NCBI RefSeq assembly: GCF_000021865.1
Contig: NC_014034.1
Span: forward strand, 600,001 to 632,000
DNA from: Rhodobacter capsulatus SB 1003
GTDB lineage: Bacteria; Pseudomonadota; Alphaproteobacteria; Rhodobacterales; Rhodobacteraceae
Length of the DNA: 32,000 nt
Reading direction: 5' to 3'
Shown: positions 24,193-32,000 of the stretch, in pieces
Numbering within the stretch: position 1 is the stretch's first letter
Layout: the number at the start of each line of letters is the position of its first letter
Program-made: the position numbers and the translations under genes
Notes under the pieces: generated by a model
What the model was told of the DNA's origin: nothing
What the model saw: the letters and a program-made list of their open reading frames with translations, nothing else
The model's database searches: none

Positions 24193-25809
24193 ATGTTCGG
24201 CGATGATCAGGTCGAGGCACTCGAGCTTGGGCAGGCCAGTCCCGAGGACGAATTCGGCCAGTGCTTCACCGGCGAATGCCGGGTGAACCTGCTGCCGACG
24301 CTTTACCGGCTCAATGCGGTGATTTCGCAATCCCCCGACCCGGGCGAGAGCCTGGGCATGATCCTGAAGACGATGCGCAGTGAAATGCGGATGGAGCGGG
24401 GCACGGTGTCGCTGATGGACCGCCGCCGCGGCCAGGTCTTCATTCATCAAAGCTTCGGGCTGACCGCGGAAGAGGAAAGCCGCGGCGTCTATGCGATGGG
24501 CGAGGGCATCACCGGCAAGGTCGCTGAGACGGGGCGGGTGATCATCGCGCCGCGGCTGCACGAGAGCCCGGATTTTCTGGATCGCACCGGGGCGCATGCC
24601 GGGGAATCCCGGCGCAGGGTCGCCTTCGTCTGCGTGCCGATCATGCTGGGCAAGCGGGTTCTGGGCACGATCGGCGGCGAGCGCAGTTACCTCAACCAGC
24701 GGCTTCTGAAGCAGGATGCCGAATTTCTGGCCGCCATCGCGCTGATGATCGCGCCGACGGTCGAGCTTTACCTGATCGCCAATGTCGAAAAGCTGGAACT
24801 GGAACGCGAGAACCGCGAATTGCGCGATGCCCTGCGCGAACGCTTCAAGCCCGGCAATATCATCGGCAATTCCAAGGCGATGATGGCCGATGTCTATGAT
24901 CTGATCGGCAAGGTCTCGAAGACGCGGGCGACGGTGCTGATTTTGGGCGAAAGCGGGGTCGGCAAGGAACTGGTCGCCTCGGCCATTCATTATTCCTCGG
25001 ACCGGGCGGCGAAACCCTTCGTGCGCTTCAACTGCGCCGCGATCCCCGAGACGCTGGCGGAAAGCCTGCTTTTTGGCCATGAAAAGGGCGCCTTCACCGG
25101 GGCCCTGGCCAGCCGCAAGGGGCTGTTCGAACAGGCCGATGGCGGCACGCTGTTTCTGGACGAGCTGGGGGAACTCAGCCCCTCGGTGCAGGCAAAGCTG
25201 TTGCGGGTGCTGCAAGATCGCACGCTGGAGCGGGTGGGGGGCAGCACCCCGGTTCAGGTTGATGTGCGGGTGATTGCGGCGACGAACCGGGAACTGGTGC
25301 GGATGGTGGCCGAGGGGCGGTTCCGCGAGGATCTGTTTTACCGTCTCAACGTCGTGCCGATCACCGTTCCGCCCCTGCGCGAGCGCGGCTCTGACATCAT
25401 CCTGCTTGCCGATCATTTCGTCGCCAAGGCCTGCAAGGCGATGGAAAAATCGGTCAAGCGGATCTCGACGCCCGCGCTGAACATGCTGATGGCCTATCAC
25501 TGGCCGGGCAATGTGCGGGAATTGGAAAACGTGATCGAGCGGGCGGTGATCCTGTCGGATGACGAAGTGATCCACGCCTGGAACCTGCCGCCCTCGCTGC
25601 AGACGGCGCGCGAAAGCGGCACGACGCTGGGGCTGGGGCTGGAGGAAAAGGTGCGTCTGGTCGAAAGCGAAATGATCGTCGAGGCGCTGAAGACGACCCA
25701 GGGCAATATCGGCCAGGCGGCCGAGCTTTTGCAGGTCTCGCGCCGGGTGCTGGGCCTGCGGATGGGGCGGCTCGGCATCGACCCGCACCGGTATCGCGCT
25801 TCGGCCTGA
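24193..25809 (+). CDS. anfA: sigma54-dependent activator of Fe-only nitrogenase genes, AnfA
   Basis: ATG at 24193 (GGAG 6 nt upstream) gives 538 aa. N-terminal C-X4-C (QCFTGEC), GAF domain, AAA+ domain (GESGVGKE, GAFTGA), C-terminal HTH. Located directly upstream of anfHDGK. The track ORF from 23998 is over-extended across the operator region. Confidence 0.92.
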   Translation: MFGDDQVEALELGQASPEDEFGQCFTGECRVNLLPTLYRLNAVISQSPDPGESLGMILKTMRSEMRMERGTVSLMDRRRGQVFIHQSFGLTAEEESRGVYAMGEGITGKVAETGRVIIAPRLHESPDFLDRTGAHAGESRRRVAFVCVPIMLGKRVLGTIGGERSYLNQRLLKQDAEFLAAIALMIAPTVELYLIANVEKLELERENRELRDALRERFKPGNIIGNSKAMMADVYDLIGKVSKTRATVLILGESGVGKELVASAIHYSSDRAAKPFVRFNCAAIPETLAESLLFGHEKGAFTGALASRKGLFEQADGGTLFLDELGELSPSVQAKLLRVLQDRTLERVGGSTPVQVDVRVIAATNRELVRMVAEGRFREDLFYRLNVVPITVPPLRERGSDIILLADHFVAKACKAMEKSVKRISTPALNMLMAYHWPGNVRELENVIERAVILSDDEVIHAWNLPPSLQTARESGTTLGLGLEEKVRLVESEMIVEALKTTQGNIGQAAELLQVSRRVLGLRMGRLGIDPHRYRASA

Positions 25810-25833
25810 TCGACGGCCAATGACCGAATACCG

Positions 25834-25860
25834 GCCCCGCTTCGGCGGGGCTTTTTCTTT
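25834..25860 (+). terminator. Rho-independent terminator after anfA
   Basis: GCCCCGC-TTCG-GCGGGGC followed by TTTTTCTTT, 25 bp after the anfA stop. Confidence 0.88.
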
Positions 25861-25884
25861 GCGGCAGCCCGTTCGGAATTCCGT

Positions 25885-25916
25885 TTACCGAACGGTAATC
25901 GGTTACATAACGGTAA
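25885..25916. promoter_or_regulatory. Two tandem dyads TTAC-N6-GTAA (candidate AnfA UAS pair) upstream of anfH
   Basis: TTACCGAACGGTAA (25885-25898) and TTACATAACGGTAA (25903-25916) start 18 bp apart. Their centres lie about 130 and 112 bp upstream of the predicted anfH transcription start. They overlap a larger dyad CCGTTCGG-N11-CCGAACGG (25869-25895). Confidence 0.5.
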
Positions 25917-25955
25917 GGAGTTCCTGTCGGGCGACGGGGCGATGATTTCCATTAA

Positions 25956-28540
<2,585 letters not shown>

Positions 28541-28547
28541 GGGACAG

Positions 28548-28895
28548 ATGACCGATATCAGCGAAAAACTCGATCCGCTCGTCGATTACATCATGAAGAA
28601 CTGCCTGTGGCAGTTCAACTCGCGCGGCTGGGACCGGCTCAAGCAGAATGCCGGGATCCTGTCGCAGACCTGCGAGATCCTGTGCGGCGAGGAGCCGGTG
28701 CATGAAACCGCGATGGACCGCTGCTACTGGGTCGATGCGGTGATCCTGTCGCGCGCCTACAAGGCCCGCTTCCCCTGGCTGATGGCCATGACCAAGCCCG
28801 AGATCAAGAGCCTGTTCAAGGCGTTGCACGAGAAGATCGACCATCTCACCGTTCACGGCTCGCTCAATACCGAGCTGACCGTCCCGCATTATTGA
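28548..28895 (+). CDS. anfG: Fe-only nitrogenase delta subunit
   Basis: ATG at 28548 gives 115 aa: MTDISEKLDPLVDYIMKNCLWQFNSRGWDRLKQN... Its size and its position between the D and K genes are typical of AnfG/VnfG. Confidence 0.92.
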   Translation: MTDISEKLDPLVDYIMKNCLWQFNSRGWDRLKQNAGILSQTCEILCGEEPVHETAMDRCYWVDAVILSRAYKARFPWLMAMTKPEIKSLFKALHEKIDHLTVHGSLNTELTVPHY

Positions 28896-28908
28896 AAGGA
28901 AGACCCCA

Positions 28909-30291
28909 ATGACTTGCCAGGTCACCCAGAAGGCGCGGGAAGGCACGATCAACCCGATCTTCACCTGCCAGCCCGCCGGGGCGCAATTCGCCTCGATCGG
29001 GATCAAGGATTGCATCGGCATCGTTCACGGCGGCCAGGGCTGCGTGATGTTCGTGCGTCTGCTGATCTCGCAGCACATGAAGGAAAGCTTCGAGATCGCC
29101 TCGTCGTCGGTCCATGAAGATGGCGCGGTCTTCGGCGCGCTCGACCGTGTCGAAACCGCGGTCGAGGTGCTTTTGACCCGCTACCCCGATGTGAAGGTGG
29201 TGCCGATCATCACCACCTGCTCGACCGAGATCATCGGCGACGACGTGGACGGGCTGCTTTCGAAACTCGAAGACGAGTTGCTGCCGACCAAATTCCCCGG
29301 CCGCGAAGTGCATCTGCTCACCGTGCATTGCCCGAGCTTCGTTGGCTCGATGATCACCGGCTATGACAAGGCGGTGCATGATTTCGTGAAGAAATTCGCG
29401 ACGAAGGACGAGCCCAGCGACAAGATCAACCTGATCACCGGCTGGGTGAACCCGGGCGATGTGAAGGAGCTGAAACACCTTCTGGAGGTGATGGAGGTCA
29501 AGGCGAACGTGCTCTTTGAAGTCGAAAGCTTCGACAGCCCGCTGATGCCCGATCTGGAACACCATTCGCACGGCTCGACCACGATCGAGGATCTGCGCGA
29601 CACGGCCAATGCGAAAGGCACCATCGCGCTCAATCGCTATGAAGGCATGAAGGCCGCCGATTACCTGAAGAAGAAGTTCAAGGTTCCCGCGGTGATCGGG
29701 CCGACCCCGGTCGGCATCCGCAACACCGATGCCTTCCTGAAAGCGGTCTCCGAGATGACCGGCCAGCCGATCCCGGCGCAGCTGGTCAAGGAACGGGGCC
29801 TTGCGCTCGATGCCATCGCCGACATCGGCCACATGTTTCTGGCCGACAAAAGGGTGGCGATCTATGCGAACCCCGATCTGGCCATCGGCCTGACCGAGTT
29901 CTGCCTTGACCTCGAAATGAAGCCGAAACTGCTGCTTCTGGGCGATGACAACTCGGGCTATGTGAAAGACCCCCGCGTGCTGGCGCTGCAGGAAAACGCG
30001 CCGGATCTGGAAATCGTGACGAACGCCGATTTCTGGGATCTGGAAAGCCGCATCCAGCAAGGGCTCGAACTCGATCTGATCCTCGGCCATTCCAAGGGCC
30101 GGTTCATCTCGATCGACTACAAGGTGCCGATGGTCCGCGTGGGCTTCCCGACCTACGACCGGGCAGGGATGTATCGCCATCCGGTGCTGGGCTACGGCGG
30201 GGCGATGTTCCTTGCCGAAACCATGGCCAACACGCTTTTCGCCGACATGGAGGCGAAGAAAAACAAGGAATGGATCCTCAACGTGTGGTGA
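28909..30291 (+). CDS. anfK: Fe-only nitrogenase FeFe protein beta chain
   Basis: 460 aa with the NifK/AnfK family signature (VHGGQGCVMFVRLL, TTCSTEIIGDD). AAGGAAG RBS. Confidence 0.96.
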   Translation: MTCQVTQKAREGTINPIFTCQPAGAQFASIGIKDCIGIVHGGQGCVMFVRLLISQHMKESFEIASSSVHEDGAVFGALDRVETAVEVLLTRYPDVKVVPIITTCSTEIIGDDVDGLLSKLEDELLPTKFPGREVHLLTVHCPSFVGSMITGYDKAVHDFVKKFATKDEPSDKINLITGWVNPGDVKELKHLLEVMEVKANVLFEVESFDSPLMPDLEHHSHGSTTIEDLRDTANAKGTIALNRYEGMKAADYLKKKFKVPAVIGPTPVGIRNTDAFLKAVSEMTGQPIPAQLVKERGLALDAIADIGHMFLADKRVAIYANPDLAIGLTEFCLDLEMKPKLLLLGDDNSGYVKDPRVLALQENAPDLEIVTNADFWDLESRIQQGLELDLILGHSKGRFISIDYKVPMVRVGFPTYDRAGMYRHPVLGYGGAMFLAETMANTLFADMEAKKNKEWILNVW

Positions 30292-30310
30292 CGGCATCGC
30301 CGCGCAACCT

Positions 30311-30346
30311 GCCGGGCCGCCCCGTGGCCCGGCCTTTTCCCTTTCG
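30311..30346 (+). terminator. Stem-loop plus T-rich tail between anfK and anfO (putative attenuating terminator)
   Basis: GCCGGGCC-GCCCCGT-GGCCCGGC followed by CTTTTCCCTTTCG. It lies 20 bp after the anfK stop and 16 bp before the anfO ATG. Confidence 0.5.
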
Positions 30347-30361
30347 CGTCAGGAGCTTCCC

Positions 30362-31042
30362 ATGCAGATCGCGGTTTTTCTGGACGACACCGGCCAGCCC
30401 GTCAGCCTGAACGCCCCGGGTCGGCTGGTCCTTTACGAGGGCAGCGGCGATGACTGGCGGCTTGTCGAGGACTGGCCGCTGGAATTGCCGCGCGCGGGCG
30501 GCATCGCGGCCCTGCGCGCCGCCGTCGAACGCATGGTCTTCGCGCTTGCCCCCTGCACCGTGCTGATCTCGGCCGAGGTGCGCGGCTATGTCTATTCGCT
30601 CTTGCAGGAACAATACGGCTTTTCCGTCTGGCGCTCGACCGGGCCCGTCGAGGCGATGCTCGCCTCGGTCTGCGTGGGCGAGGAGGAACGGGCGCGTGAG
30701 GCCGCCTGTTGCGACACGAAACCCGAGGCCGGTTGCGGCAGCTGCGGCAGCAAGGTCACCGCGATTTCCCCGCCGCCCGAGGTGCAGGCGGAAGACCGCC
30801 CCGACGGCAGCCGCTTCATCGATCTGGCCGCGACGCTTGCCGCCGATGCGCGGCACAATTCGCGTTCGGTCCTGGGGCCGGTCCTTGCGGCCGAACCGTT
30901 CCGCCCGCTCTCGATCCGCATGGATCATCAACCGCGCTGGTTCGCCCGCACCCTGCGCGCCATGGGCCTGCGCTTCACCGAAGACCGCCGCGAGGGCGCG
31001 CTATTCGTGACCGTCACCTTGGAAAAGGAACTTGCGCAATGA
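30362..31042 (+). CDS. anfO: Fe-only nitrogenase accessory protein AnfO (anf1)
   Basis: ATG at 30362 with AGGAG upstream gives 226 aa: MQIAVFLDDTGQPVSLNAPGRLVLYE... Its position directly after anfK fits AnfO. The track ORF from 30212 is over-extended into anfK. Confidence 0.8.
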   Translation: MQIAVFLDDTGQPVSLNAPGRLVLYEGSGDDWRLVEDWPLELPRAGGIAALRAAVERMVFALAPCTVLISAEVRGYVYSLLQEQYGFSVWRSTGPVEAMLASVCVGEEERAREAACCDTKPEAGCGSCGSKVTAISPPPEVQAEDRPDGSRFIDLAATLAADARHNSRSVLGPVLAAEPFRPLSIRMDHQPRWFARTLRAMGLRFTEDRREGALFVTVTLEKELAQ

Positions 31043-31560
31043 AACAGGTGCTTGTTTTCGCTTACGGACTGGATCTGCACCCCGAGGAGATCGGCAAGCT
31101 TTGCCCTTCGGCCAAACCCCTCGCCCGGGCCAGTGCGCGCGGTTGGCGGATCGGGTTTTTCGGCCATTCGCGGGTCTGGGACGGGGCCGAGGAAAGCCTG
31201 ATCCCCGATCCCGACGCCCATGTGCCCGGCGTGATCTATGCGCTGGCGCCGTCCGAGGCCGAGATGCTGGAGGCCGCGCGCGGGGTCAAGCTGAACGGCA
31301 CCGGGCGGTATTTTCACACCCCCATCGATGTCGTGACCGAAGATGGCCTGTCCCTGGGCGCGGTGGCGCTGATCAAGACCGAACGGCGGGCGGAAAGACC
31401 GCCCAGCCGCCCCTATCGCGACCGCATCGCCGAAGGGGCGCGGCTGCACGGGCTTGACCCCGATTACATCGCCGCGCTTGCGGCGCTGCCCGCCACCGAG
31501 CCCGCCTATCCGGTGCCGATGGCAATCCAATTGCCGATCTTTGCCGGCTCCTGCTGTTGA
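31039..31560 (+). CDS. anf-operon accessory protein with a gamma-glutamylcyclotransferase/AIG2-like N-terminus (anf2)
   Basis: The ATG at 31039 overlaps the anfO stop (ATGA). 173 aa. The N-terminus VLVFAYGLDLHPEEI resembles the FAYGSNL motif of the GGCT/AIG2-like fold. The protein ends in ...FAGSCC. Confidence 0.7.
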   Translation: MKQVLVFAYGLDLHPEEIGKLCPSAKPLARASARGWRIGFFGHSRVWDGAEESLIPDPDAHVPGVIYALAPSEAEMLEAARGVKLNGTGRYFHTPIDVVTEDGLSLGAVALIKTERRAERPPSRPYRDRIAEGARLHGLDPDYIAALAALPATEPAYPVPMAIQLPIFAGSCC

Positions 31561-31568
31561 AAGGAAAG

Positions 31569-32000
31569 ATGATGACCGAGACCCAAGCGCCGACCGAGCG
31601 CACCCGCCTGAAGCGCTACCATTGGCTGGCCGCCTATGACCGCGCCACCATCGATGCGATCATCGATGCCGCGCTGGTGTGCCAGATCGGCTATGTCGTC
31701 GAGGGCGCGCCGATCGTGACGCCGACCTGCCACTGGCGGATGGGCGATCACGTCTATTGGCACGGCTCTTCCGCCAGCCGGATGCTGCGCGCTCAGGAAA
31801 GCGGCGTGCCGGTCTGTTTCTCGGTCACGCATCTGGACGGGGTGGCCTTTTCGCGCGCGGCCTTTGATCACAACATCCTGTATCGCTCGGTTATGGCATT
31901 CGGCAAAACCGAGCTGGTCGAGGGCGCGGACAAGAAGACCGCGCTGGAAGCTTTTGTCACCCGTCTGGCGCCCGGTCTGTGGGACTATGCCCGCCCGCCG
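31569..32000 (+). CDS. Pyridoxamine-5'-phosphate-oxidase-like flavoprotein, Anf3 family (partial, runs off the right edge)
   Basis: My own translation from ATG 31569 (AAGGAAAG upstream) gives 144 codons without a stop: MMTETQAPTERTRLKRYHWLAAYDRATIDAIIDAALVCQIGYVVEGAPIVTPTCHWRMGDHVYWHGSSASRML... This is a PNPOx-like split-barrel pattern. It is the third gene after anfK, as for anf3. It has no stop in the window, so it is absent from the ORF track. Confidence 0.7.
   Translation, partial: MMTETQAPTERTRLKRYHWLAAYDRATIDAIIDAALVCQIGYVVEGAPIVTPTCHWRMGDHVYWHGSSASRMLRAQESGVPVCFSVTHLDGVAFSRAAFDHNILYRSVMAFGKTELVEGADKKTALEAFVTRLAPGLWDYARPP

Noticed and set aside
23986-25788. 600-aa minus-strand ORF
   Set aside because: Antisense to anfA, which has GAF, AAA+ and HTH motifs. 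It would also run through the Mo-box and promoter region.

Overview
GC-rich alphaproteobacterial window. Gene content and order match the Rhodobacter capsulatus nitrogen-fixation 'region B'; this is recognised from the translated proteins and synteny, with no database search run. Left to right: mopB (partial, -) diverges from mopA-modABCD (+). Next comes a long minus-strand block: nifB, nifA, rpoN, nifU2, nifK, nifD, nifH, fdxD. Then cooA-cowN (+), a form I RuBisCO cluster cbbL-cbbS-cbbQ-cbbO (-) diverging from cbbR (+), and three poorly characterised genes (DUF2087-like +, TetR and DUF1992-like -). The window ends with anfA (+) and the Fe-only nitrogenase operon anfHDGK-anfO-anf2-anf3 (+, anf3 runs off the right edge). 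Start codons were re-picked where the ORF track over-extends. Many regulatory sites are readable directly: five sigma54 -24/-12 promoters (nifB, nifU2, nifH, fdxD, anfH), TGT-N10-ACA NifA sites, two 25-bp Mo-box operators (mopA, anfA), a perfect CooA-type dyad before cowN, several rho-independent terminators and intercistronic stem-loops. I found no CRISPR array, tRNA/rRNA, transposase or integrase. I see no convincing evidence for a wholly new multi-gene system. The most interesting material is regulatory: conserved UAS-to-promoter phasing, a 13-bp all-GC inverted repeat and G-run tract at the fdxD/cooA divergent promoter, and tandem TTAC-N6-GTAA dyads before anfH. Also of interest are the uncharacterised TetR/DUF1992/DUF2087 group beside anfA and the little-understood anfO/anf2/anf3 accessory genes. 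Very long ORFs antisense to nif, cbb and anf genes are GC-driven artefacts.
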